Origin: a bacterium
GTDB taxonomy: Bacteria > Patescibacteriota > CPR2 > UBA1875 > JAJYID01
Direction: 5' to 3'
Assembly (NCBI GenBank): GCA_030647205.1
Contig: JAUSJO010000002.1
Location: 11,261 to 75,260, forward strand
DNA length: 64,000 bases
The first letter of the stretch is position 1, and every line of letters starts with the position of its first letter. Under the pieces are notes generated by a model. That model had not been told where the DNA came from, did no database searches, and saw only the letters and a list, made by a program, of their open reading frames with translations. Positions 28,321 through 37,139 of the stretch are shown here, in pieces. Position numbers and translations under genes: made by a program.

Positions 28321-29937
28321 CTACTCTTTAATAACTTTCAGAACCTCAACAATGTTGACTATTCCTTCGATTGCCTTTAGGAAACCATCTTGCTCCATAG
28401 TCAGCATGCCGTCTTTTATGGCGATTTCCTTGAGTTCGTGTAAAGTATTGTTTTCTACAACTGCTTTTTGAAAAGCAGGCGAGACACTAAGGAACTCATA
28501 AATACCGAGACGGCCTTTGTATCCAATATTATTACACTCTTTGCATCCTATACCCTGGAAGAACTCAGGTGTTTTTTCCGGTTTGTGTTCGATAGGGAGA
28601 GAGTCAATGATCTTGTTTATCTCGACCATTTCGTGATCGTTTGGCTTGTATTCCTCGATACAATGCGGGCAAATTCTTCGTACCAGACGCTGAGCGATAA
28701 TGATATTTACAGCGTCAAGAAAGGATGAAGCGTCATTCACAAGACCGATAATTCTCGGAACAGCTGTGACAGCGTCATTTGCATGCAAAGTTGTTATGAG
28801 AAGATGACCGGTGATTGCTGCCTGAAGTGCAGTTTTTGCAGTTTCGGCGTCACGTATTTCACCAAGCATTATGATGTCCGGGTCTTCACGAAGGACGGCC
28901 TTTAGTCTATCAGCGAAACCTTCCCCTTCGTTAATCTGGGACTGAGTAGCGCCGGGAAGAGTGTACTCTATAGGATCTTCTAGGGTGATAAGCTTGATTT
29001 CCGGTGCATTTAATTTGTTTAAAATAGAATAAATACTGGTTGTTTTACCAGAACCGGTTGGACCGACGACGAGGATCATCCCGTGTGGGCGAATAAGTGC
29101 AGAGTCCAGTATTGGGCGCTGAATATCACGGACGCCTAGTTTGTCCATATCCAGTAGCTCTGCCTGAACGTTGAAAAGACGGATAACGATATCGTCGCCG
29201 TAAAGTGAAGGCATAACTTCTATTCTTACACTAAGCTCGTTGTCAGAAAACTTAACCTTGAAACGGCCGTTTTGCGGATAGTTTACGTTAAGTTTCAAGC
29301 CCGAACGCAACTCTACTTGCGATCGAACGAACTTGTATTGCTCGTGGCTCAAAATGGTTGCCAAATGCAGGACACCATCAAGTCGAAACCTCAGTTTCAC
29401 GTCATCGTTTGCCGGTTCAATATGAATGTCCGATGCGCCCATTGCGAAAGCCTCTATAATAATAAACTTTAGAAGCTCTTGTATAGGTGCAGTCTTAATC
29501 TTCTCTTGAAACTCATCAAAAGATATCTCGGAAATGTCCATCTCAGAAACATCTACCTCTCCCGGTGTTTCTGCCGGCGGAAGCTGGACAATGTCTCTTA
29601 AGAGTTCCTCGTTATCCTTGAAGCTTTCAGTAGATATAATAGCAACAGACGTCTTGGGATAGGTTTTTTTGTATTTCTCCTTAAATTCATTGATCTTTTC
29701 AGACTTAGGATTAGGAGAAACAATAACGAGAGTATCTTGATCCATTTTTAATGGGATTACAGAGCACTCAAAAAAGTCCTTGTTATTAAAATTTTCAAGA
29801 ATATCTTTTTCCAGGCGTGCAGCACGTAAGTCAAAATAAGGTATGCCGAGCCTTTCAGCCTCCTCTTGGATTTTTTCTTCAAGGGCATTCCTGTTGACAA
29901 GCTTTGCCTTGGCTACGACATCTAAAGTATCACTCAT
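28321..29937 (-). CDS. pilB: type IV pilus / type II secretion assembly ATPase
   Basis: GspE_N-like N-domain. Walker A VVGPTGSGKTTS. His and Asp boxes. Tetracysteine motif CPHC...CKEC. Start taken at the MSDTLD ATG. Confidence 0.85.
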   Translation of the reverse strand: MSDTLDVVAKAKLVNRNALEEKIQEEAERLGIPYFDLRAARLEKDILENFNNKDFFECSVIPLKMDQDTLVIVSPNPKSEKINEFKEKYKKTYPKTSVAIISTESFKDNEELLRDIVQLPPAETPGEVDVSEMDISEISFDEFQEKIKTAPIQELLKFIIIEAFAMGASDIHIEPANDDVKLRFRLDGVLHLATILSHEQYKFVRSQVELRSGLKLNVNYPQNGRFKVKFSDNELSVRIEVMPSLYGDDIVIRLFNVQAELLDMDKLGVRDIQRPILDSALIRPHGMILVVGPTGSGKTTSIYSILNKLNAPEIKLITLEDPIEYTLPGATQSQINEGEGFADRLKAVLREDPDIIMLGEIRDAETAKTALQAAITGHLLITTLHANDAVTAVPRIIGLVNDASSFLDAVNIIIAQRLVRRICPHCIEEYKPNDHEMVEINKIIDSLPIEHKPEKTPEFFQGIGCKECNNIGYKGRLGIYEFLSVSPAFQKAVVENNTLHELKEIAIKDGMLTMEQDGFLKAIEGIVNIVEVLKVIKE

Positions 29938-29961
29938 AGCTTGTATGATAGCATAATGTGA

Positions 29962-29990
29962 TTGAAAAAACACGAAATTTTAGCTATAAT
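29962..29990 (+). promoter_or_regulatory. sigma70-type promoter for the tandem tRNA-Ser genes
   Basis: TTGAAA-17 nt-TATAAT about 25 nt upstream of tRNA position 1. Confidence 0.5.
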
Positions 29991-30014
29991 ACATGGGTTA
30001 GAAACACATATTTT

Positions 30015-30104
30015 GGTGAGGTGGCCGAGTGGTTGAAGGCAGCAGTCTTGAAAACTGCCGTGCCGGCAACGGTACCGTGGGTTCGAATCCCACCCTCACC
30101 GCCA
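30015..30104 (+). tRNA. tRNA-Ser (anticodon TGA)
   Basis: GGTGAGG acceptor, D-arm GCC/GGC, anticodon loop CTTGAAA, long variable arm, GGTTCGAATCC T-loop, G73, encoded CCA. 90 nt. Confidence 0.85.
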
Positions 30105-30122
30105 TGATACAATTCAAATAGT

Positions 30123-30215
30123 GGAGAGGTACCCAAGTGGCTCAAGGGGCGGGTTTGCTAAACCTGTAGGTTGGGGTAACCCGGCGCGGGGGTTCGAATC
30201 CCCCCCTCTCCGCCA
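30123..30215 (+). tRNA. tRNA-Ser (anticodon GCT)
   Basis: GGAGAGG acceptor, anticodon loop TTGCTAA, long variable arm, T-loop TTCGAAT, encoded CCA. 93 nt. Confidence 0.85.
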
Positions 30216-30293
30216 GAAGAAAACAGGTCTGCATTTTTGTAGGTCTGTTTTCTTATTTGGCGGTAAGCAGTAAATCGTCAAGACATAAGTATA

Positions 30294-30322
30294 TTGTTTT
30301 TTAATTTTTTGAAAGTTATAAT
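30294..30322 (+). promoter_or_regulatory. promoter giving a leaderless/near-leaderless transcript for pilin paralog 4
   Basis: TTGTTT-17-TATAAT. The -10 ends 8 nt before the ATG at 30331, with no Shine-Dalgarno. Confidence 0.35.
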
Positions 30323-30330
30323 CTAAACAA

Positions 30331-30960
30331 ATGAAGACAAAGCTTACAAAAGTGAAAAAAGGAATGTTCCTACTTTGTGTATTTCTGCAAAGCTTGTTTA
30401 CTATCGGGGTTAGTACAGTGTATGCCCAAGGCGGTGATGTGCCGATACCAAATATTCCGCCGCCACCAAATGTGGAACTTTATAAGGTTCTTACTAATCT
30501 TGCGAATCTCATTCTTACGATCGCCGGGGCTCTGGTCGTAGTAATGGTAATAATAGGCGGAATCCGTTATATAATATCGGCAGGAAATCCGCAAATGGTC
30601 GAGGGAGCTAAGAAGACCATTATTTATGCACTTGTTGGTCTGGCGGTAATCATCCTATCAGCAGCAATACTTAATACAGTTAACTTTGTTCTAAATAAAA
30701 ATGGGGCCAGTGGTTCTACTACTGGTACTGGAACCGGCAATACTACCGGGACCGGCACACAGGCTCTCCCGGAAGACTCCTGTAGTACAGACTCGGACTG
30801 TGCATGCGGGATACACAAGATTGATAAGAATTGTTTCTTTGGCAACGAACAGTACGTTAACACCGATCCTGCACTTGCCTGTCCTGACTTTTGTTCAGGA
30901 GTAGGCGGGAACCTTACAGTTAAGTGTGTTAGCGATAAATGTGCTCAGGTTGCAAAATAA
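30331..30960 (+). CDS. VirB2-like pilin paralog 4 with Gly/Thr linker and C-terminal 8-Cys domain
   Basis: Signal peptide. IGGIRYIISAGNPQMVEGAKKTIIYALVGLAVIIL hairpin. GSTTGTGTGNTTGTGT linker. C-terminal Cys-rich knot (CSTDSDCACG...CPDFC...CVSDKC). Confidence 0.5.
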   Translation: MKTKLTKVKKGMFLLCVFLQSLFTIGVSTVYAQGGDVPIPNIPPPPNVELYKVLTNLANLILTIAGALVVVMVIIGGIRYIISAGNPQMVEGAKKTIIYALVGLAVIILSAAILNTVNFVLNKNGASGSTTGTGTGNTTGTGTQALPEDSCSTDSDCACGIHKIDKNCFFGNEQYVNTDPALACPDFCSGVGGNLTVKCVSDKCAQVAK

Positions 30961-31061
30961 AGTAAGTTATTTGGCCGTAAATTTCTCCTAAACATCTATA
31001 AACCCTTTTACTTTTTGTAGAGGGTTATATAATCCTTGTAGGAACAAGGATTCATTTTATT

Positions 31062-32252
31062 ATGGCAAATCAAACAAAGACTTTAGGGAAAGTAAAAAAG
31101 GCGGATATAGAAAACCAGGCAGTTGAGGAAATCAATCAACTGAAAGATAAAAAAGGTTTTCTTAAGGCCGGTCAGCCGGTTTTCAACCGTCTTTTTGGAC
31201 GTGACTCCTTGATCGCTGCATGGCAACTTCTAGATTGGGACCCAAAAGTCGCAAAAGCAACTTTGGATATTTTATCTCAGCTGCAGGGGACGAAAGTTGA
31301 CCAACTCAGAGAGGAAGAACCGGGAAAAATCATTCATGAGACCGACTTAGATCTCAAAGAGCACCCCGATATTAAAGGATTCCCCTTCCCATACTATGGA
31401 TCGGTTGACTCTACTCCCCTCTATCTAATCGTCTTTGGATTTTATTTTCGAAAAACGCATGATGAGAAGTTTCTTGCCAAACACTGGACCAATATTTTGT
31501 CAGCTACTGACTGGATGGAAAAGTATGGCGACTTGGATGGGGATTTATTTTTGGAGTACACCCAGCATAACAAAAACGCCCTTGTAAACCAGTGCTGGAA
31601 AGACTCTGATGAATACAGGATTGAAATGCCCATTGCTATTGTTGAGGCCCAAGGCTATCAGTATTTGGCACTTAAAGAAACCTCCAGGCTAGCCCGAATG
31701 AGAGATGACTCGTTGCTTGCCAAGAGGTTGGAAGAAAGATCACAAAACCTAAAGAAGGTCTTTAATGAAAAGTTTTGGATGAAAGATGAGAAGTTCTTTG
31801 CTCTTGCGCTAAACGGCAAAAAAGAACAAAAGAAAGTCATCGCCTCCAACGTTGGACACCTACTTTTTACGGGGATTATTGATGAAAAGAAGCTGAATAT
31901 GGTCGTAAGGAGGCTTTTTAAGAAGGACCTTTTTACCCCGCGCGGTATACGTACTCACTCGGCTTTTGAGCCAGACTTTCATCCCGAGAGTTATCATCTT
32001 GGTGCAGTTTGGCCTCATGATAACTGGATTATTGCGCAAGGTTTAAAAAAACTGGGTTATAAAAAAGAATATCGGGCACTTAAGCTTGCCATAATGAAAG
32101 CTCATGAAGAAATCGGATACCTACCTGAGTTTTATCGTGTCAAAAGTCATACAGCAGAGCTGGAATCAGAAGACCCAGAGTACGCAAACCTGCCATGCTA
32201 TCCTCAAGCATGGTCCTCCGGGACCCTTCTCAATTTTCTTGAGGAAAAGTAA
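31062..32252 (+). CDS. (alpha/alpha)6-barrel glycoside hydrolase, glycogen-debranching-enzyme C-terminal (GDE_C)-like
   Basis: FGRDSLIAAWQLL..., YGSVDSTPLYLIVFGFYFRKTHDEKFL, GAVWPHDNWI resemble amylo-alpha-1,6-glucosidase family motifs. Confidence 0.55.
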   Translation: MANQTKTLGKVKKADIENQAVEEINQLKDKKGFLKAGQPVFNRLFGRDSLIAAWQLLDWDPKVAKATLDILSQLQGTKVDQLREEEPGKIIHETDLDLKEHPDIKGFPFPYYGSVDSTPLYLIVFGFYFRKTHDEKFLAKHWTNILSATDWMEKYGDLDGDLFLEYTQHNKNALVNQCWKDSDEYRIEMPIAIVEAQGYQYLALKETSRLARMRDDSLLAKRLEERSQNLKKVFNEKFWMKDEKFFALALNGKKEQKKVIASNVGHLLFTGIIDEKKLNMVVRRLFKKDLFTPRGIRTHSAFEPDFHPESYHLGAVWPHDNWIIAQGLKKLGYKKEYRALKLAIMKAHEEIGYLPEFYRVKSHTAELESEDPEYANLPCYPQAWSSGTLLNFLEEK

Positions 32253-32285
32253 AATAACTAGTAATATAGCCAAGAAAGGGAAAAA

Positions 32286-32864
32286 ATGGACTCAAAATAT
32301 GGATTTCAGCAATATTTAATTCGCAGGAAGGTTCTTACTTTTTTAGGAGCCAAGTTCCATATTTATGGACCGGACGGAAGCTTGGTTTTTTTCTCAAAAC
32401 AGAAGGCATTTAAGATAAGGGAAGATATAAGAGTTTATACTGATGAAAGTATGCAAACAGAAGCACTGAGCATCAAAGCGCGCCAAATTATGGATTTCTC
32501 GGCAGCGTATGATGTTATTGATACGGCTGATGGTACAAAGGTAGGAGCGGTAAAAAGAAAAGGGTTTAATGCCATGATCCAGGACAAATGGATTATTATG
32601 GATGCAGATGACAATGAGATTGGGTCGGTGAACGAGGATAATCTCACAATGGCCCTTTTGCGAAGGTTTGCTACAAACCTTATCCCCCAGAATTTTACGG
32701 GCGAAGTTGGTGGCGCACCGGTTTTTACTTTTAAACAAATGTTCAACCCCTTCATTCAGAAGATAGGTTTGGATTTTTCTCCTGATCAGAGGGGTCTTCT
32801 TGATAGAAGGTTGGGGATAGCAATAGCCATACTGCTTTGTGCGGTTGAGGGTAGGCAGAGCTAA
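32286..32864 (+). CDS. hypothetical protein, possibly LOR/tubby C-terminal-like (DUF567) fold
   Basis: Alternating beta-strand pattern. Weak resemblance to LURP-one-related proteins. Low confidence. Confidence 0.3.
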   Translation: MDSKYGFQQYLIRRKVLTFLGAKFHIYGPDGSLVFFSKQKAFKIREDIRVYTDESMQTEALSIKARQIMDFSAAYDVIDTADGTKVGAVKRKGFNAMIQDKWIIMDADDNEIGSVNEDNLTMALLRRFATNLIPQNFTGEVGGAPVFTFKQMFNPFIQKIGLDFSPDQRGLLDRRLGIAIAILLCAVEGRQS

Positions 32865-32910
32865 CACACTCTTTAATAAGTGGCTCCAAAATGGTAAAAT
32901 ACCTTTGTTT

Positions 32911-33000
32911 GGAGAGGTCGCATAGTGGTCTAGTGCGCCGCCTTGGAAAGGCGGTATATCTGAAAGGGTATCGAGGGTTCGAATCCCTCCCTCTCCGCCA
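32911..33000 (+). tRNA. tRNA-Ser (anticodon GGA)
   Basis: GGAGAGG acceptor, anticodon stem CCGCC/GGCGG with loop TTGGAAA, long variable arm, encoded CCA. Confidence 0.85.
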
Positions 33001-33129
33001 AGAAAAGGAGCTCGATTTTTTGAGGTTCTTTTTTTGTTCGTAGCGCCTATTTTTACTTCACAAAGAGCATTTTTTAATGTATAATAACCCTTACGTAACT
33101 TGACAATCCGGGACTTTAAGGAGGTGACG

Positions 33130-34239
33130 ATGGAACCATGTGTGCCAACACAAGCTGTTGTCGAACTGACAAAACAGTGCAATCTCTGCTGTCAGCATTG
33201 CGGTTCGGGCTGTACTTCCAAGGCAGATCCGAAAGAAATGAATGTTGAGGAGTGGAAGGATTGTATCGATCAGTTAGCTGCACTGGGAACCGAGAAAGTT
33301 ATTTTCTCCGGTGGTGAGCCCACGCTAAAAGATCAGTTTGACGAGCTAATAGTTCATGTAGGAAAACGGGGGCTTAAGTACGCCTTTATTACAAATGGCT
33401 ATGAACTTCCCGATACGATTGCCTCGACCATAAGTAAGCACAGACCATATGCTGTTGGTGTAAGCATCGACGGTATGGAAGGGGTTCATAATCAGATAAG
33501 ACGCAAAAAGGATAGTTGGTCTCGAGCCCTGGAAACTATCAGGGGAGTTAAAAACCTCGGGATCCAGGTCTGCGTTGTTACTACTGTCAGCAGGCACAAT
33601 TTGTCTGAGCTGGACTTGCTTGCGGATTTTCTTTCAAAAGAAGTAGATTCGTGGCAGATTCAGTTGGCAACTCCTTTCGGGAGGATGGCCAAACGAGAAG
33701 ACGCCTTACTTAGTGAAGATGAGTTTACTGCGCTTTGTCGTAGAATAATCATTTACAGACATGTCTACCCCGAACTTAATATACAAGCGGCTGACTGCTT
33801 TGGGATGGCGCCGGCCGGCACAGTCCGGTCTGGTTTCTGGGGTGGTTGTAGTGCAGGGGTCACATCGCTTGGAATTGATGCTTGTGGTTCGATACTCCCC
33901 TGTCTTTCTTTACAGTCAGGTGCAACCTGCGGGAATCTTCGTGAGAGGAGTCTGGAGGAGATATGGAAGAACTCTGAGGGCTTTGCACTTAACCGCAGAT
34001 TTCATGAGAAAGACGCGAACGGGGGAAAGTGTGAAGGATGCGAGGAGCTAGATCTATGTAGGGGCGGCTGTGCTAGCCAATCATATGCCTACTACGGCAG
34101 GTTCCATAGTTCGCCATTTTGTTATGAAAGGACGTTTCATCTCAAACATTCGGAAGGAGGTGTTCAAGATGCAGAATATTCTCAGTGTGATCCTCAAAGA
34201 CATGGAACAGCACATTGTTCCAGTAAAGCTGCCGGGTGA
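33130..34239 (+). CDS. radical SAM enzyme with C-terminal SPASM/twitch domain
   Basis: GGAGGTGA RBS then ATG at 33130. CNLCCQHC (CxxxCxxC). GGEPTL. C-terminal auxiliary-cluster Cys motifs (CGSILPC, CxxC...C...GGC). ~50% GC. Confidence 0.75.
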   Translation: MEPCVPTQAVVELTKQCNLCCQHCGSGCTSKADPKEMNVEEWKDCIDQLAALGTEKVIFSGGEPTLKDQFDELIVHVGKRGLKYAFITNGYELPDTIASTISKHRPYAVGVSIDGMEGVHNQIRRKKDSWSRALETIRGVKNLGIQVCVVTTVSRHNLSELDLLADFLSKEVDSWQIQLATPFGRMAKREDALLSEDEFTALCRRIIIYRHVYPELNIQAADCFGMAPAGTVRSGFWGGCSAGVTSLGIDACGSILPCLSLQSGATCGNLRERSLEEIWKNSEGFALNRRFHEKDANGGKCEGCEELDLCRGGCASQSYAYYGRFHSSPFCYERTFHLKHSEGGVQDAEYSQCDPQRHGTAHCSSKAAG

Positions 34240-34657
34240 CAAGAAGCTGGTTAAGCGGGCACTTGTTGAGGTTGGCGCCAAAGCAAGCATGATTGAGATC
34301 TTGGCTTCTACTTATGGAGAGACCTTTGGCGGTCTTCACCGGAAGCTGGCCGAGAAGCTCTATGGCGAAGCCGAGATCGATCTGGTTTTCGGGGTTTTCT
34401 ACGAGGAAGACAAGATGGTCTTTGCTTTTTGTCGGGATGTTGCTGACTACAACAAAAAAACCAAGAGAGTCGAATGTAGAGATCTCGACGAGATTCTGGT
34501 TGAAAAAGTCACTCCGATCGAGGGTATTCCTGTCAGGCCGCCGATTAAGTTTCCGGGAGCGGACATGCCATCCAAGCCGCCAGGCTCTATGCCTGACGTG
34601 GTGGTGCGTTACGCTCTCGTTGAAAAACCGGAGCCGGAGGAGGCGCAAGCGTCTTAG
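34169..34657 (+). CDS. hypothetical protein co-transcribed with the radical SAM/SPASM enzyme
   Basis: AAGGAGGTG RBS. 162 aa, Pro-rich C-terminus. Overlaps the rSAM 3' end in another frame. No recognisable domain. Confidence 0.45.
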   Translation: MQNILSVILKDMEQHIVPVKLPGDKKLVKRALVEVGAKASMIEILASTYGETFGGLHRKLAEKLYGEAEIDLVFGVFYEEDKMVFAFCRDVADYNKKTKRVECRDLDEILVEKVTPIEGIPVRPPIKFPGADMPSKPPGSMPDVVVRYALVEKPEPEEAQAS

Positions 34658-34672
34658 CGCCATTCAAACACT

Positions 34673-34702
34673 AGCGGGCTTACACAATAAGCCCGCTTTT
34701 TC
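34673..34702 (+). terminator. rho-independent terminator of the rSAM operon
   Basis: AGCGGGCTT-acacaat-AAGCCCGCT then TTTTT. Confidence 0.6.
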
Positions 34703-34715
34703 TTTGTTTAAACCA

Positions 34716-34753
34716 AAAAGAAAAAAGCCCCAGTTCGGTTGAACTGGGGCTTT
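34716..34753. terminator. bidirectional terminator serving the convergent minus-strand operon
   Basis: A-run, GCCCCAGTTC-ggtt-GAACTGGGGC, then TTT. Overlaps the stop of the PurA-like gene. Confidence 0.6.
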
Positions 34754-36176
34754 ATGTATCCAGAAGGTGCAGTTTATCGTCGGATTTATTTCCGACAGAA
34801 GCGATTGCTACAGGTATTCCGAGGCCCTTATCGGACTCAAGGAACTTAAGGAATGCCTTAGCATTTGGATGAAGAGTATTTTTTTGCCTTGCTTGCGGCC
34901 ATCCCTCGAACTCTTGAAAGTCCAGAGGCTTGCACTCAAGAAGCATTTTTGTACGCTCTTCACTTTGCTTTTGTGTGATTCCGGGGAGGTGTTTAATACC
35001 GGTTATTTCCACTCGGCCATTACTGACGCAACAACTGAAGTAATGGTTGAGCTTGTCTTTTTCCTCGCCGCAATATTCATAAGAGCGACAGACCTTGAGG
35101 TTGTTCTGCCCGTCGAAACGATCAAGGCAAGTGACCGAAAGGAAAACGGGCTCACCGGATGATTTGACCGAATAACGTGATGTAATGAGGTCAAAGTAAC
35201 CGTAGCGGAAGCTGTCTTGCCAACGGTTTTGTTGGTTGTGTTCTCCAGCTTCAAGGTGTGGTAAGTTCTCGGAAGTGACAAAGGGTCCCGCTCCATGTCT
35301 TGTAGCAAAGCAGCGGGTGACACCAATGTTTACGACCGAGTCTAGGCCTCCAAGCGACTCGATTATCTTGTTAGCGGTGCTCGGTAGTACTCTCGTTTTG
35401 GTTACGTATGGAGTAAAACCGATAATCGGGTCAAGGAGGACTCCTTGGGCTCCTTCTAAAACGATCGTCTTATCTTTTGCCAATCGGTCAAAGATAATCT
35501 CGTCTGACTGAAAGGCTCCGTTAAGCGCTCCTGCGAACTCAAGATATTCCCGAAACAACTTGACCGGTGAAGTGCCTCTCAAGAACGTTTGGAATATTGA
35601 GATGACCTCTTCTGATTGGCTGGTTTCAAGGATGACTTGCGCGACCGCGAGCTTTTGCCTGTAATGTTCTTGGATCTTGGTCCAAAGAGCAGATGAAGAG
35701 GAGAGATCGCGGATAGTTAGAGATGAATCGGGCTGTTCGGTTCTATCGAATGATGCTTGCCCTACTCCCATTCCGACACTTCCGTGCTTCAGAGATCCCC
35801 GAGCTGCCTCAAGCATTTGACCAATCATGGCATGCCAAGGCGTCACTATGTAGCAGTTGGGGGAGATGGTAATTCTTGAGAGCGCATCTGAAACGCCGAT
35901 CCTTTGTAGCTGTTCGGCCTCGATTAAGAGGTTTGAGGGCTTGACTAGCATTCCTTCTGTCAGATGTGTTTTGACTCCAGGGACAAGTGTTCCTGATCCA
36001 AACTGGCTAAAGCAATGGAAGTGGCCGTTTTCTACGACATGATGAGCTGCTTGCGGCCCGCCATTATAACGGATAACAGCAGTTGCATCATATTTTTTTA
36101 CCAGCGACTCTACAGTAGTTCCTTTGCCCTCATCTCCATAACTAAGACCAAAGATGTTGTATACTCTGGCGGTCAT
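34752..36176 (-). CDS. adenylosuccinate synthetase (PurA)-family GTP-dependent ligase, divergent
   Basis: AAGGAG RBS then ATG (MTARVYNIFGLSYGDEGKGTTVE). NGGPQAAHHV in place of NGGNNAGHT. C-terminal GW...PPNAKAFLKFLE...GIPVAIASVGNKSD matches the PurA C-terminus. ~50% GC. Confidence 0.7.
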   Translation of the reverse strand: MTARVYNIFGLSYGDEGKGTTVESLVKKYDATAVIRYNGGPQAAHHVVENGHFHCFSQFGSGTLVPGVKTHLTEGMLVKPSNLLIEAEQLQRIGVSDALSRITISPNCYIVTPWHAMIGQMLEAARGSLKHGSVGMGVGQASFDRTEQPDSSLTIRDLSSSSALWTKIQEHYRQKLAVAQVILETSQSEEVISIFQTFLRGTSPVKLFREYLEFAGALNGAFQSDEIIFDRLAKDKTIVLEGAQGVLLDPIIGFTPYVTKTRVLPSTANKIIESLGGLDSVVNIGVTRCFATRHGAGPFVTSENLPHLEAGEHNQQNRWQDSFRYGYFDLITSRYSVKSSGEPVFLSVTCLDRFDGQNNLKVCRSYEYCGEEKDKLNHYFSCCVSNGRVEITGIKHLPGITQKQSEERTKMLLECKPLDFQEFEGWPQARQKNTLHPNAKAFLKFLESDKGLGIPVAIASVGNKSDDKLHLLDT

Positions 36177-37077
36177 GGTGGCTCCTTGACTCGTAGTGCT
36201 CGATAAGGCTGATAGCTTCACCAAAAGCATAACGGTCCCTGCAGATCCAGTCGCTTAGCATGAATCTGCTGTAGCCCATTAGATGGAGAAGGTGAAAATC
36301 CGAAATGTCGCTAAGCGAGACTTCTTCGGAACTTTCGAGAGACGTGAGGATTCGGGAAGCTGCATAAGCAAACGGGTCGTACTGGATAATTGTTGCTTCG
36401 GCAGCGATGATATCCTCTTTTTGATTGCCCAAGTTGATATAGAGGTCGTCGCGAGCGGCCATAAGACGAACGTCATTGACGAACGGACCGTACTCTTTTA
36501 CAACAAACTCAATGCCCCGCTTGGACTCGATCTTGGCCACGATTTTCGCATCAGGATCAAGGGCCACAACTTCGCTGATGTCAGATGTTTTTTCAACGAA
36601 CGACAACATGTAGTTATGGACGCCTAACTTTTTAGCGGCCTCAATATACTGGTAGTCGCTCTCGGTCAGATATCCTTCAATCACGAGTGACGGATCGAGA
36701 ATATTGACTGCTTCACCGGCGCCAACAGGTCTTTTGGGCTCGTTCTGAAGTATCAGTTTGTTGCCGTCCACTATATCTACAATCTTGGACTTATGGTCCT
36801 TGAAGTAGAGAGTGGTTGGCAAGTTAACAGATATCTTGTGACTGAGCTCCACTGTCGTAAAGGTTGGGTCGGCCCATTTTGTGACTCGAAGCTGTCTTGA
36901 TTTTAAGTCAATCCAGAGCGGCTTTTCTCCGCAGAGGTCGACTAAGTCTTTCAAAATTTCTTCTTTATCTTTGCCTCCCGTAGGAGTGACCGTATTGAAC
37001 CGCAACGCTTCTATGGTCGGGTGAGACACGACCATCTTCCGGAAACTGATATAGGGTGAAAGGGTTGCGAGTAACAT
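36142..37077 (-). CDS. pyruvate-kinase-like / HpcH-CitE-like TIM-barrel enzyme
   Basis: GAAGGGAG RBS. IVAKIESKRGIEFV...MAARDDLYINLG...EDIIAAEATII aligns with the PK barrel (KIEnxeG...ARGDLGIEIP). Barrel only, 311 aa. Confidence 0.5.
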   Translation of the reverse strand: MLLATLSPYISFRKMVVSHPTIEALRFNTVTPTGGKDKEEILKDLVDLCGEKPLWIDLKSRQLRVTKWADPTFTTVELSHKISVNLPTTLYFKDHKSKIVDIVDGNKLILQNEPKRPVGAGEAVNILDPSLVIEGYLTESDYQYIEAAKKLGVHNYMLSFVEKTSDISEVVALDPDAKIVAKIESKRGIEFVVKEYGPFVNDVRLMAARDDLYINLGNQKEDIIAAEATIIQYDPFAYAASRILTSLESSEEVSLSDISDFHLLHLMGYSRFMLSDWICRDRYAFGEAISLIEHYESRSHHDRQSIQHLWS

Positions 37078-37139
37078 CGCGTGCTCCCTTCGTTTTGAGG
37101 CAGGAAGCGGGCTTATGCACCCGCTTCCTGCCGATTGGT

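Noticed and set aside
23218-30960. Alternative reading of the GNP-motif proteins as type IV (PilA-like) pilins
   Set aside because: There is no class III prepilin leader (G/FTLIE) and no PilD site. The topology of signal peptide plus two-helix hairpin fits VirB2/TrbC better.
32394-33182. 262-aa minus-strand ORF
   Set aside because: It overlaps the plus-strand LOR-like gene and runs straight through tRNA-Ser(GGA). No RBS. Antisense artifact.
34142-34663. 173-aa minus-strand ORF
   Set aside because: It is antisense to the rSAM partner gene. No RBS.
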